Shown: positions 21,134-31,412 of the stretch, one piece after another
Position numbering within the stretch: position 1 is the first letter of the stretch
How the letters are laid out: the number at the start of each line of letters is the position of its first letter
From: Verrucomicrobiota bacterium
GTDB taxonomy: Bacteria; Verrucomicrobiota; Verrucomicrobiia; Verrucomicrobiales; DEV007
Reading direction: 5' to 3'
DNA: 64,000 nt
NCBI GenBank assembly: GCA_045046875.1
Contig: JASFYY010000030.1
Location: 1 to 64,000, forward strand
Notes under the pieces: generated by a model
Seen by the model: the letters and a program-made list of their open reading frames with translations, nothing else
Database searches by the model: none
Told to the model about the DNA's origin: nothing
Made by a program: the position numbers and the translations under genes

Positions 21134-21880
21134 ATGAGTGATTTTACGGATAAAACAATCGTGGTGACAGGTGCAGGCAGGGGGATCGGCAAAGCGATCG
21201 CCGCGGGTTTTGTAGCAGGAGGAGCAAAAGTGGCGGTTCTCAGTCGGACTGAAGCCAATTCACAAAGTGCTGCCGCTGAAATGAATGCCACTGGCCCTGG
21301 CAGCGCCAAAGCTTACGCCGTGGATATCTCGGATTTTGACTCGGTCGCCGAGGTGGGTAAGCAAATCATCGAGGATCTGGGCCCTGTCAGTATTCTGGTG
21401 AACAACGCGGGCGTGACTCGCGATGGCCTGGCACTGAGAATGAAAGAGGAGGATTGGGACATCGTGATGGATACCAATTTGAAGGGCGCTTTTAATACGG
21501 TGAAAGCTTTTCAGCGCAATCTATTAAAACAACAAGGGGCACGAATCATTAACATCAGTTCGGTCATCGGACTGATTGGCAATGCAGGACAAGCCAATTA
21601 CGCAGCGAGTAAAGCAGGGTTGATAGGTTTGACCAAAGCGCTTGCCAAGGAGTTTGCCGGCAGAGCGGTCACGGTTAATGCGATCGCGCCAGGTTTTATC
21701 GAAACCGATATGACCAATGAAATGAATGAAAAAATGCAGCAGGGAATTTTGCAACAGATTCCGCTTAAGTCATTTGGCACGGTTGATGACATTGCTGCTA
21801 GCGTGATGTTTTTGGCTGGCTCAGGAGCACGTTACATCACTGGGCAGGTTTTGACTGTCGATGGTGGTATGGTGATGTGA
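21134..21880 (+). CDS. fabG: 3-oxoacyl-ACP reductase
   Basis: TGAGRGIG, NNAGVTRD, GNAGQANYAASK, PGFIETDMT, VDGGMVM. Confidence 0.9.
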   Translation: MSDFTDKTIVVTGAGRGIGKAIAAGFVAGGAKVAVLSRTEANSQSAAAEMNATGPGSAKAYAVDISDFDSVAEVGKQIIEDLGPVSILVNNAGVTRDGLALRMKEEDWDIVMDTNLKGAFNTVKAFQRNLLKQQGARIINISSVIGLIGNAGQANYAASKAGLIGLTKALAKEFAGRAVTVNAIAPGFIETDMTNEMNEKMQQGILQQIPLKSFGTVDDIAASVMFLAGSGARYITGQVLTVDGGMVM

Positions 21881-21936
21881 GGTGAGGTGGGGAAGGAGTC
21901 AGGAAATAGAATTTAGGAGGTAGAATAAAGAAGATT

Positions 21937-22620
21937 ATGGCGGAGGTGATTGAAACTTTGGATTTTGCGAGTGAAGCGGCGGAACTTATTGCGGCGAAGA
22001 TTTTGAGGAAACAAGCTGATGGGGGGATGTTCAGTCTCAGTCTGTGTGGGGGGAGCACTCCGGCGCCCATATACAAGGCGCTTGCTGCACACCCTGATAT
22101 TGATTGGAAGAGGGTGACCGTCACCTTTGGGGATGAACGCTGTGTGGGACCTGAGGATGAACAGAGCAATTATCGCATGTCCAAGGCCGCTTTGTTGGAT
22201 CCGGCAGGGGTGCCGGACAAAAATGTGGTGAGAATAGAAGGTGAGCTTGACCCAACTGCAGCAGCAGAAAAATGTGAGCAACGATTGCTGGAAATGGCTC
22301 AAGTCACTGGTGATAAAATCTTTAAGCATGATTTGGTTCTGCTCGGTATGGGTGAGGATGGGCATACGGCCTCTCTGTTTCCCGGATCAGCTGCTTTGCA
22401 GGAAAATCAACGCTGGGTGAGCGAGAATTTTGTCGCGTCGCAGGACACTTGGCGTTTGACCATGACATACCCTCTGATCAATGCGGCAGACGAAATTATG
22501 TTTTTGATCACCGGTGAAAAAAAGAAAAAAATAATGAGAGGAATCCTGACAGGTGATGCAGATTACCCTGCCGCTGCGATAAAACCTACCAGTAATCGAC
22601 TCACTTGGGTCACTGGGTGA
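21937..22620 (+). CDS. pgl: 6-phosphogluconolactonase
   Basis: GGSTP, FGDERCV, SNY, LLGMGEDGHTASLFP. Confidence 0.92.
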   Translation: MAEVIETLDFASEAAELIAAKILRKQADGGMFSLSLCGGSTPAPIYKALAAHPDIDWKRVTVTFGDERCVGPEDEQSNYRMSKAALLDPAGVPDKNVVRIEGELDPTAAAEKCEQRLLEMAQVTGDKIFKHDLVLLGMGEDGHTASLFPGSAALQENQRWVSENFVASQDTWRLTMTYPLINAADEIMFLITGEKKKKIMRGILTGDADYPAAAIKPTSNRLTWVTG

Positions 22621-22663
22621 TTCCTGTCCTGTCCTGTGATTTGATTTATTTAAACAAAACCCC

Positions 22664-24247
22664 ATGAAGCTAACTCAATTATTATCACTTATACCCGCCG
22701 TCGCATTTTTATTTGCAGGTGGCAGCTACATCATCAGAGCCGCTGAAAAAGAAAACGGCGCTGAATGGACTCAGTGGGGTCACGATGGCAGCAAAAACAT
22801 GGTTTCCCCCGAGAAGAACATTCCCTCGGATATCTCAGCAGGGGATGAACTGGATAACGGTGATATTGATGTCAAAACGGCCACTAATGCCAAGTGGATT
22901 GTTAAGTTGGGAGATCAGTCTTATGGCACTCCGACGATTTCCGGAGGACGGGTTTTTGTTGGAACCAATAACAACAATCCACGTAATCCCAAGATCGAAG
23001 GCGACCGCGGAGTGGTGATGTGTTTTGACGAGAAATCGGGCAAATTTCTGTGGCAACTCACGGTGCCCAAATTACCTACAGGCAAGGTGAATGACTGGGA
23101 GTATCTGGGAATTTGTTCATCTCCGACCATTGCCGGCAAGTATGGTTATGTGATTACCAATCGAGCCGAAGTGATCAAATTTGATACAGCGGGCATGAGC
23201 GACGGCAACGACGGGCCGTTTAAAGACGAGGGCAAATACATGGCAGGAGGGCTCGACGGCATCGCCAAGGGCACGGCAGAAGCGGTGGAAACCGGTGAAA
23301 CGGATGCCGATATTATTTGGGGACTCGACATGATTGATGAAGTGGGCGCTTTCCCACACAATATCGCCAGCAGCTCGGTGGTGCTGGGCGACGGCAAAGT
23401 TTTCGCCAGTACTTCCAACGGTATGGATTGGTCGCACTTGAATATCCAACAACCGCTCTCTCCGACCTTGATCGCTCTGGATATAGAGTCAGGAAAATTG
23501 ATGGGAGAGGAAGCTGCTGGAATCAGTGAACGAACCTATCATTGCAACTGGTCTTCGCCAGCCTACGGCGAGATCGCAGGAAAAAAGACTTTGGTTTTTG
23601 GTGGAGGTGATGGCTGGTGTTACGGTTTTGGAACCGAAGGGAAGAAAGATAAGGACGGCTTTAATGTTTTGCCGGTATTGTGGAAAGTGGATTGCAATTT
23701 GAAAGAATACCGCATTGATGAAAAAGGTAAAAAAATCAAATACGCTACCTACCCTGGCCCGAGTGAGATCATTTCTTCACCGGTGGTATATAATAACAAA
23801 ATCTATACCACTATAGGCCAGGATCCCGAAAATGGTGAAGGTGTGGGTCTATTGACTTGCATTGACCCAAGCAAGGGACAGGGGGAGAAATCCATTGTAT
23901 GGCAGTTTAAAGATCTGGGACGCAGCCTTTCCAGTCCTTCGGTTGCAGATGGTTTGGTTTACATCGCTGATTACTCCGGTCGGGTTTTCTGTCTCGACGC
24001 AGAGAGCGGTGAAGTGGTATGGGATCACGATACTCTCAGTCACATCTGGGCATCCACCCTGGTGGTGGATGGCAAGGTTTACATAGGCACGGAAGACGGC
24101 GAATTGATCATCCTCAAAGCCGGGAAAGAAAAAGAGGAAATCGCAATCGTAGATTTCCCCAATCCGATTTATTCAACACCGGTGGTGGCTAATGAAACTC
24201 TGTATATCATGACCCAGTCCCATTTGTATGCTTACGCGAAGAAGTAG
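22664..24247 (+). CDS. Secreted PQQ-like beta-propeller repeat protein
   Basis: Signal peptide; repeated SSP.V.DG.VY....G...CLDA.SG..W blades. Confidence 0.8.
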   Translation: MKLTQLLSLIPAVAFLFAGGSYIIRAAEKENGAEWTQWGHDGSKNMVSPEKNIPSDISAGDELDNGDIDVKTATNAKWIVKLGDQSYGTPTISGGRVFVGTNNNNPRNPKIEGDRGVVMCFDEKSGKFLWQLTVPKLPTGKVNDWEYLGICSSPTIAGKYGYVITNRAEVIKFDTAGMSDGNDGPFKDEGKYMAGGLDGIAKGTAEAVETGETDADIIWGLDMIDEVGAFPHNIASSSVVLGDGKVFASTSNGMDWSHLNIQQPLSPTLIALDIESGKLMGEEAAGISERTYHCNWSSPAYGEIAGKKTLVFGGGDGWCYGFGTEGKKDKDGFNVLPVLWKVDCNLKEYRIDEKGKKIKYATYPGPSEIISSPVVYNNKIYTTIGQDPENGEGVGLLTCIDPSKGQGEKSIVWQFKDLGRSLSSPSVADGLVYIADYSGRVFCLDAESGEVVWDHDTLSHIWASTLVVDGKVYIGTEDGELIILKAGKEKEEIAIVDFPNPIYSTPVVANETLYIMTQSHLYAYAKK

Positions 24248-24364
24248 CGAGGGGAGTGAAACCGAAGATGGACGCTAATAGGGAAAACGGGATTAGGTTA
24301 GAGGAGGGGGTGAGCCACATGTAAGAAGGATGGAGCTGGGTCAAATTATTATGAGATTGATTGT

Positions 24365-24733
24365 ATGAAGTTTGCCGCAACTGCATTGGCATGTTTTATA
24401 TTGGTCGGATGTGGTCCGATGTTTGATTGTGATGATACTTTTGTCCGAACCGTTGATGATCCGCTTAAGGTGAGGTCGGTATCGATTGTTATTCGCGATT
24501 GTGGAGCTACGACAGATTACACCACGCTGGTGATTTTACACGCTAGTTCATTAGCGCCTGACCCTGATTTGGATCCGAGGATTTTGGTGATCAAGGGGAA
24601 ACAATCTGTGGTGTTGACTTGGGAAGATTCTAGCCATTTGACTATAACCACTCAAATAGATAGTATTTTCTCTCGTGATGTTCCTGAAGGGTTTTTTCTC
24701 ACGGTCAAGGATTCTGAGGTAGGTGAGAACTGA
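24365..24733 (+). CDS. Hypothetical lipoprotein
   Basis: Lipobox LVGC; RDCGATT motif. Confidence 0.6.
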   Translation: MKFAATALACFILVGCGPMFDCDDTFVRTVDDPLKVRSVSIVIRDCGATTDYTTLVILHASSLAPDPDLDPRILVIKGKQSVVLTWEDSSHLTITTQIDSIFSRDVPEGFFLTVKDSEVGEN

Positions 24734-24738
24734 ATTTC

Positions 24739-24919
24739 TCATTCAGCCCTTTCAGGGCTGAGGTGTTTTGGGAGCTTACCCGGCGCTTCGCACCGGGCTA
24801 TCTCATTATGCACCTTTGGTGCAAAAACGAACTGTCCCGTAGGGATGAAAATGAGATAGTCCAGAGTGAAACTCTGGAATTGGATCGTTTTTATTATCAG
24901 CACTAGAAGGGCGAAATGA
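24739..24919. repeat. REP/REPIN-like composite palindromic element (two degenerate units in inverted orientation)
   Basis: Short palindromes AGCCCTTTCAGGGCT, CCCGGCGCTTCGCACCGGG, GCACCTTTGGTGC, CCAGAGTGAAACTCTGG; inverted pair CTATCTCATT/AATGAGATAG; degenerate inverted ends. Confidence 0.6.
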
Positions 24920-24942
24920 TGTTGATGGGTGGTAAAGGAACC

Positions 24943-25566
24943 TCATTTCCCATTCTCCTTCAACATCGCCTGGCTTTCTTCTGACAGGTTAGCGATGGGG
25001 TAGCGGTAAATGCGTCCGCCACGCAGGCGCAGCACGGCGACATCGTCCTCTATCTTTAATAAAGTGGCCATGATGGTTTTGCCTGCTTTATTTTTCCATG
25101 CTTGCTCCTTGGGCAGGGCACGCGGCAGGTCGGGGGAATCCATCACGTCTCCCTCAGGCATTTTGCCGCGTTTGCCGCGATCACCATTGATCGGGGCGCC
25201 TTCAGTGATCCATTTTTGCACGGTGCGGATTTCTTCTTTTGACAGAGAATCGCCCTTACCTTTGGGCGGCATGGCATCATCGGAATCCTGAGGACGGGTG
25301 ATGGTGATGAACAGCAGGCTGGCATCCCAGTCACCGGGCAGAACGGTGTCGTTCTTGGGCATGCGTTTTTGGAAGCTATTTGGATCATCAAAACGCAGGC
25401 CTGCTTTGACTTTCTTAGCATCCGCGCTATGGCAGTCGGCACACTTCTCGACAAAAATAGGCATGATGTCGCGTTTGTAATCCAAAGCATGGGCTACCTG
25501 GGATGCTGATCCTAACAGAGCTATGGTTAGATAAAAATAGCCTGCTTTAAAAAGTTTGGTGTTCAT
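24943..25566 (-). CDS. Planctomycete-type cytochrome c domain protein with C-terminal SHD1-like domain
   Basis: Signal peptide, CADCH heme motif, MPPKG, WITEGA; C-terminal WKNKAGKTI...IANLSEESQ. Confidence 0.8.
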   Translation of the reverse strand: MNTKLFKAGYFYLTIALLGSASQVAHALDYKRDIMPIFVEKCADCHSADAKKVKAGLRFDDPNSFQKRMPKNDTVLPGDWDASLLFITITRPQDSDDAMPPKGKGDSLSKEEIRTVQKWITEGAPINGDRGKRGKMPEGDVMDSPDLPRALPKEQAWKNKAGKTIMATLLKIEDDVAVLRLRGGRIYRYPIANLSEESQAMLKENGK

Positions 25567-25603
25567 TGTGATGGTGAAGCAGGGGGCAAGCGGGGCGCTC
25601 GCC

Positions 25604-26956
25604 CTACAACACTTCTTTAATTTCCCAGCCTTTGCGGTATTTCCTTGTGAGATAGGGATTGGCTTCTTTTTTGTTGGTGATTTTGAGATTTTTGGCATCC
25701 CACTTGAGTTCTTCACCAGGGAAATGCACGGCGACATTGCCGAGCTGAACTGTTTCGGTCAGGTTGCCGCCATATTCAAAGCCGTCGCTGGGTTGTTTGC
25801 CTGACAGGCAACCGTCGATCCAGCCGTGATAATGGTTCAAACCTTCTACTGGCTCGATCTTGTATTCGGTTTTGGAATCGATGAAGTTCAGAGCGGGCAT
25901 GCCGACGTGAGGCAGCACCATGGAACCCTTTTCTCCAACAAAAATGGAGCCTGAACGAGGCAGGCCTTCGCCTTTAGGCAGGTGTGCCAGCTGCTCCTTG
26001 GGTTTGCGACCGCCATCATACCAGGTGATGTTCAGAGATTTGTCAGCAGTGAATTCGGTGCCGGGGAAATTATAATACAAGGTTTCTTGCGATGGCCAGA
26101 TTTCATTATTCATTCCCGAGTGCTCAGCTTTGATGCTATTGGGGCCGCCATTGATCTTCAAAGCGGTGAAAACAGGGTCCAGCAGGTGGCAGCCAAAGTC
26201 ACCAATTGCTCCTGAACCGAAATCTTGCCAATCGCGCCAAGTGTAGGGATGATAAACTCGATCGCCGCCATAAGGGCGCATCGGAGCGACTCCTACCCAA
26301 AGATCCCAATTGATCGTGGTGGGCACTTCCGGCGGATTCTCTGGGCGATCAATCAAACCTGAGCGCCCGTGACCGGTGGTCGCAACCCAAGAGTGCACTT
26401 CCTTGATTTTTCCGATTGCACCACTTTGGATCAGTTTCACCCCGGTGCGGTAAGCCGTGTGAGAGTGAATTTGATTCCCCATACGGGTAATAACATTTTT
26501 ATCCTTGGCCGCTTGTTTGCGCACTTGACGTGCTTCCCACACGGTTCGGGTCAGCGGCTTCTGGCAGTAAACGTGTTTGCCTCGTCGCATCACATCGAGG
26601 GAGATATAGGCGTGCATGTGATCCGGAGTGGACACGGTGACGGCTTCAATCTTATCACCCATGTCATCCAACATTTTGCGATAGTCTTGATAGAGTCGGG
26701 CATCGGGTGCCAGACGTTTGACCTTGTCCATGCGGGTCAGATCAATATCGGTGAATGCAACCGGTGCGAGGCGTGGGTGGGTGGCCATCTCTTTGATGTC
26801 CGACCAGCCTTTTCCGTTAGCTCCAATGCCTGCATATTGCAGCTTGGAGTTAAGGTTTTTGCCACGCAGCAGGGCAGGTACTCCAAAAACGGTGCCGGCG
26901 GCACTGATGGCTCCAGCGTTTTTAAGGAAATTGCGACGATTCAAGGGTTCACTCAT
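25604..26956 (-). CDS. Tat-exported Gfo/Idh/MocA oxidoreductase
   Basis: NRRNFLK Tat motif; STPDHMH, HVYCQKPL, GDFGCH. Confidence 0.9.
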   Translation of the reverse strand: MSEPLNRRNFLKNAGAISAAGTVFGVPALLRGKNLNSKLQYAGIGANGKGWSDIKEMATHPRLAPVAFTDIDLTRMDKVKRLAPDARLYQDYRKMLDDMGDKIEAVTVSTPDHMHAYISLDVMRRGKHVYCQKPLTRTVWEARQVRKQAAKDKNVITRMGNQIHSHTAYRTGVKLIQSGAIGKIKEVHSWVATTGHGRSGLIDRPENPPEVPTTINWDLWVGVAPMRPYGGDRVYHPYTWRDWQDFGSGAIGDFGCHLLDPVFTALKINGGPNSIKAEHSGMNNEIWPSQETLYYNFPGTEFTADKSLNITWYDGGRKPKEQLAHLPKGEGLPRSGSIFVGEKGSMVLPHVGMPALNFIDSKTEYKIEPVEGLNHYHGWIDGCLSGKQPSDGFEYGGNLTETVQLGNVAVHFPGEELKWDAKNLKITNKKEANPYLTRKYRKGWEIKEVL

Positions 26957-26983
26957 GTATTCAGGGGGTAGGGGGATAAACAA

Positions 26984-28333
26984 TTAGCTGACAGGTTTGA
27001 TTTCCCAGCCTTCACGGTATTCACGGGTCAACAAAGGATTGGCTTTTGCATTATTGGTGATCTTAAATTTTTCTGAATCCCATTGCAGTTCTTCGTTAGG
27101 GAAATGAGCCGCCACATTGCCAAGCTGAACTGCTTCGGTGAGGTTGCCGCCGTATTCAAAACCGTCACTGGGCTGCTTGCCCGACAGACAGCCATCGACC
27201 CAGCCGTGGTAGTGATTGAGGCTCTCTGCAGGTTCCACCTTGTAATCGGCGTATTGCTTAAGCGGATTTAAAGTGGGGGATGAATAATGAGGTAAGACCA
27301 TCGAACCTTTTTCACCTACCAAAATAGACCCGGAGCGCGGCAATCTTTGTTCTCCCGTGAGCTTTGCCAGTTTAGGACTAGGGCGTCGACCACCGTCATA
27401 CCAAGTGATTTTCAAAGTATCGCCGGCAGTGTATTTGGTGCCGGGAAAAAGATAGTTGATCGTTTGTGACGCTGGCCAAACTTCGTCATTCATTCCTGTA
27501 TTTGAATTCTTGATCGTCTTGGGACCACTGTTGATGTCGAGTGCCGTGAAAACCGGGTCGAGTAAATGACAGCCAAAATCGCCAAGCGCACCAGAACCGA
27601 AATCCTGCCAATCACGCCAGGTGAAAGGGCAATAAACGCGGTCGCCGCCGTAGGGGCGCATCGGAGCCACACCCACCCACAAGTCCCAGTTGAGCGAAGG
27701 CGGCACCGGAACGGATTCTATTGGACGATTCAGATGGCCTGAGAGCCCATGTCCAGTTGTAGATACCCAAGAGTGCACTTCCTTGACCTTGCCAATCGCT
27801 CCGGCTTGGATCAGTTTAGCGGCGGTGCGGTAAGCGGTATGGGAATGGATCTGGTTGCCCATACGGGTGATGACCTTGCTCTTTTTAGCTTGCAGACGCA
27901 TCTGGCGAGCTTCCCACACGGTGCGGGCGAGGGGTTTCTGACAGTAGACATGTTTGCCCTGACGCATCGCATCGAGCGAGATGTAAGCGTGCATGTGATC
28001 CGGTGTGGATACGGTGACGGCATCAATTTTATCACCCAATTCGTCGAACATCTTGCGGTAATCCTGAAACAAAGGTGCTTCCGGTGCGAGACGTTTGACT
28101 TTGTCAGTGCGAGAAAGATCTACGTCAGCAAATGCCACAATCTGCACTGCGGGATGACCTGCCATTTCTTTGATGTCAGACCAACCTTTGCCGTTGGTGC
28201 CAATGCCGGCAAATTGCAGTTTGGAGTTGAGGTTTTTTCCTCGAACCAGGGCAGGCACGCCTGCGATGGCTGCAACGGCGCTGGCCGATCCTGCGGTTTT
28301 GAGAAAATGGCGTCGATTGATAGGAGTTGTCAT
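26984..28333 (-). CDS. Tat-exported Gfo/Idh/MocA oxidoreductase (close paralog of its neighbour)
   Basis: NRRHFLK Tat motif; same motifs and long identical blocks shared with 25604-26956. Confidence 0.9.
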   Translation of the reverse strand: MTTPINRRHFLKTAGSASAVAAIAGVPALVRGKNLNSKLQFAGIGTNGKGWSDIKEMAGHPAVQIVAFADVDLSRTDKVKRLAPEAPLFQDYRKMFDELGDKIDAVTVSTPDHMHAYISLDAMRQGKHVYCQKPLARTVWEARQMRLQAKKSKVITRMGNQIHSHTAYRTAAKLIQAGAIGKVKEVHSWVSTTGHGLSGHLNRPIESVPVPPSLNWDLWVGVAPMRPYGGDRVYCPFTWRDWQDFGSGALGDFGCHLLDPVFTALDINSGPKTIKNSNTGMNDEVWPASQTINYLFPGTKYTAGDTLKITWYDGGRRPSPKLAKLTGEQRLPRSGSILVGEKGSMVLPHYSSPTLNPLKQYADYKVEPAESLNHYHGWVDGCLSGKQPSDGFEYGGNLTEAVQLGNVAAHFPNEELQWDSEKFKITNNAKANPLLTREYREGWEIKPVS

Positions 28334-28361
28334 TGTTTTATAAATTGGAAAGTTGAAAAGA

Positions 28362-28389
28362 GGAAGGCCACACAATTGTGAGGCCTTCC
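28362..28389 (-). terminator. Probable terminator after the cytochrome c/LRR gene
   Basis: GGAAGGCC...GGCCTTCC stem followed on the minus strand by TCTTTTC. Confidence 0.55.
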
Positions 28390-28419
28390 AAGTTGATTGG
28401 GAAAAAGCAGATGAAAGCT

Positions 28420-29898
28420 TTAAGCTTGTTTGGGGGCTGCTTTCTTTGGGGTTGCCGGTTTAGCTGCTGGTTTTTTCGCAGCTGGAGCAGCAGCCTTTTT
28501 CGGAGCTGGTTTAGCTGCCGGTTTTTTGACCGGTGGCGGGGTGGCTTTTTTCGCCGGAGCAGGAGTCGCTTTTTTTGCTGCTGCGGGTTTGGCCGCAGGC
28601 TTAGCAGCAGGTTTTTTAGCTACTGCCGGTTTAGCCGGTGGTTTGGGTGGCGTGCTAGCTTTCTTCAGTGCTTCCAGCGCCGCTTCTGCTTGTTTGACCA
28701 CTTGTTGCGCGGTATTGGCTGCATTCATGGCGTCAGCTGCTGCTTTAGAAGCAGAGTCTGCTGCCCGTTTTGCTGAGGCCAGAGCTTTGCCCAGTGCCAC
28801 TTGAGGGGTCATTGGTGCAGCCGGTTTAGCCGCTGTTTTTTTCGGTTTAGCTGGAGCCGCTGGTTTTTTGACCACCGCTACCACAGGTTTCACCACTGCC
28901 GCTTTAAATCCAGTATTAGCATCCAAACCGGGAATTTTAGCGACCAATAGTTTGGATCCTTTTTCCGTCACTTTGGTCTGCCAGAGGAAAACCTTTTTCA
29001 GTTTTTTCAAACCGGCCAACTTCATCACTCCAGCGTCCGTAACCTGGGTGCCATAAAGGTTGAGGTATTCCAGCTTACTAAGCTTGGCAATGCTGGCGAG
29101 TCCGGCATCAGTGATTTTGGTATTTTCCAAGTGCAGGCGAGTGAGATTCTTCATCGCGGCCACATCAACCAACGCTTTATCAGTGACCTGGGTGCGAGCC
29201 AGATCCAACCACAGAATTTGATCGTTCACTGGAGCCAGCACCTTCAGTCCGTCATCCTTGAACTTCTTGGCAACATTCAAAGCGCTGAAACGCAACTCCG
29301 GAGTGTCCTGAGCGATGGCCATCAGTGAAGCTCCTGACTTTTCAACTTTAGGCATCACGCTGGCAAGCGCTTTGGCGCGTGCCGCCGCCACTTTAGGATC
29401 CACTTTAGGTTTGCTGGCCTTTTTGGCTTTGATCTTCGGTGGGTGAGCCACCACAAATTTGATCGCTTCTGCATCGGTTCCCGCCGGCTTGGCTTGGGAC
29501 ACCTTCATGTCCTTTTTAGCGCCTGACTTGATCCAGAACTCCAGCACTTGGATTTCTTGTTTGGTCAATTGATCCTTGTCTTCAGGGGGCATGTGATCGT
29601 CATCGTCCAGCGGATAATGGACACGGATCATGGAAAGGCTGTCTTTGGGTTTGCCGGGGATGATATTATCTCCCTCACTGCCACCTTTCATCACCGCATC
29701 AAAAGTATCGAGCCGCAGTTTGCCTTTGGATTTTTCTTCACCGTGACAGGACACACATTTGGCTTGAAGGATGGGGTTGACCAAATCCTTGTAAATAACA
29801 GGATCCTTGGCATCAGCAGCGTTAGCTGAAGCAAAACCGAGGGCTGAAATACCAACGATGGTGCAGGCTTTTAATATGGAGTGAGCACTTGTTTTCAT
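28420..29898 (-). CDS. Secreted cytochrome c (planctomycete type) + leucine-rich repeats + Lys/Pro/Ala-rich tail
   Basis: Signal peptide, CVSCH, LxxLxLxxTxITDxGL repeats, KPAA/KKPAAK repeats. Confidence 0.82.
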   Translation of the reverse strand: MKTSAHSILKACTIVGISALGFASANAADAKDPVIYKDLVNPILQAKCVSCHGEEKSKGKLRLDTFDAVMKGGSEGDNIIPGKPKDSLSMIRVHYPLDDDDHMPPEDKDQLTKQEIQVLEFWIKSGAKKDMKVSQAKPAGTDAEAIKFVVAHPPKIKAKKASKPKVDPKVAAARAKALASVMPKVEKSGASLMAIAQDTPELRFSALNVAKKFKDDGLKVLAPVNDQILWLDLARTQVTDKALVDVAAMKNLTRLHLENTKITDAGLASIAKLSKLEYLNLYGTQVTDAGVMKLAGLKKLKKVFLWQTKVTEKGSKLLVAKIPGLDANTGFKAAVVKPVVAVVKKPAAPAKPKKTAAKPAAPMTPQVALGKALASAKRAADSASKAAADAMNAANTAQQVVKQAEAALEALKKASTPPKPPAKPAVAKKPAAKPAAKPAAAKKATPAPAKKATPPPVKKPAAKPAPKKAAAPAAKKPAAKPATPKKAAPKQA

Positions 29899-30034
29899 AA
29901 GTTTTATTTTAAGTAATATGGGGAAGTTTGGCTAACAGGCAAGAGGAATGCTAGGCGCAAATAGGGGATGTAAGATGCTTGGGTGTCTATGCTTTGAAAT
30001 GTCGGAACTGAAGATGTTCAAATTTTCATAAAAA

Positions 30035-31306
30035 TCAGACCACTTCTTCGACCTCCCAGCCTTTGCGGTATTCTTTGGTCAAAAAGGCGTTTGCCTCGGG
30101 GATATTAGTAACTTTGAGCTTGGCGGCGTCCCATTTGAGGGTTTTGCCGGGGAAATGAGCCGCAACATTGCCCAACTGAACCGCTTCGGTCAGCGGTCCG
30201 GCGTAAGCAAAGTCGTCGGAGATGGACTCTCCTGACAGACAGCCATCGACCCAATCGTGCCAGTGATTGCGTTTGCCGACGTCAGGCAGCTTGTAATCAG
30301 CGAAGTCTTCTTCAGGGTAAAGTTTGGGTGTGCCCCAATGTGGCACCAACAAATTGCCCTTTTCGCCGATGATCAATGAAGCCGGAGTGATCATGTCATG
30401 CGCGGAAGGGGTTCCGGGCAATTTGAAGTTGGGTCGTCGACCACCATCATACCAAGTGATACGCACTTTATCCTGAGCGGTGTATTGGGTGCCAGGAAAA
30501 GTATAGATGATCGTTTCCTGGGCTGGCCAGACCTCTTTGTTCAATCCTGTGTGGTTATTGGTGATAGAGATCGGATTGGTCAAATCAAGGGCAGTGTAGA
30601 GCGGATCCAGCAAGTGACAGCCGTTGTCGCCAATGGAGCCCGAGCCGAAAGTTTGCCAATCACGCCATGATCTAGGGTGATAAATTCCGTCGCCGCCATA
30701 AGGCCGCATCGGAGCGGCTCCAATCCAGTTGTCCCAGGAAATGTTGGCTGGTGCCTCGATCGGTTTGTCTGGAGCGGAAAGCACCCCGGCACGTCCATGC
30801 CCGGCAGAAACGATCCAAGTGTGGATTTCCTTAACCTTACCGATGACTCCGTCCTGGATCATCACCTTGGTGGCGCGGTATTGCGGCTCGGAATGGATTT
30901 GGTTCCCCAACCGTGTGGTGACTCCCATCTTTTTTGCCATTTTGGCAATTTGGCGAGCCTCCCAAACCGTATGGGTAAGGGGTTTTTCGCAATAAACATG
31001 TTTGCCCCGGCGCAGAGCTTCCATCGTGATCGGCGCGTGCATGTGATCGGGAGTGGATACATTGACCGCATCGATCTCATCACCCATTTTGTCGAACATC
31101 TCACGGTAATCCGCGAACATCGGTTTGCCCGGCCAAGCTTTAGCGACGTTCTTGAAATTGCGGGTATCCACGTCACAATAAGCAACCACATTGACCTTGT
31201 CATGGGTGCCGATGCTTTTGACATCGCGCCAGCCTTGGTTGTTACAACCGATGCCGGCAAAATTGAGGGTGGAGTTGGGGGATTTGGTCTTGGTGATATT
31301 AGCCAT
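30035..31306 (-). CDS. Gfo/Idh/MocA oxidoreductase (no Tat signal)
   Basis: STPDHMH, HVYCEKPL, GDNGCH; third paralog. Confidence 0.88.
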   Translation of the reverse strand: MANITKTKSPNSTLNFAGIGCNNQGWRDVKSIGTHDKVNVVAYCDVDTRNFKNVAKAWPGKPMFADYREMFDKMGDEIDAVNVSTPDHMHAPITMEALRRGKHVYCEKPLTHTVWEARQIAKMAKKMGVTTRLGNQIHSEPQYRATKVMIQDGVIGKVKEIHTWIVSAGHGRAGVLSAPDKPIEAPANISWDNWIGAAPMRPYGGDGIYHPRSWRDWQTFGSGSIGDNGCHLLDPLYTALDLTNPISITNNHTGLNKEVWPAQETIIYTFPGTQYTAQDKVRITWYDGGRRPNFKLPGTPSAHDMITPASLIIGEKGNLLVPHWGTPKLYPEEDFADYKLPDVGKRNHWHDWVDGCLSGESISDDFAYAGPLTEAVQLGNVAAHFPGKTLKWDAAKLKVTNIPEANAFLTKEYRKGWEVEEVV

Positions 31307-31412
31307 GAATAAAAAGGGGTTTGTCCAAGTAGTAACGATGGAACAAAAAATTAAAGTCTCAACTTTTTATGTCTGTTGCCAGTCCAGATATTCTGGCACA
31401 AGGTGGAGCAAG

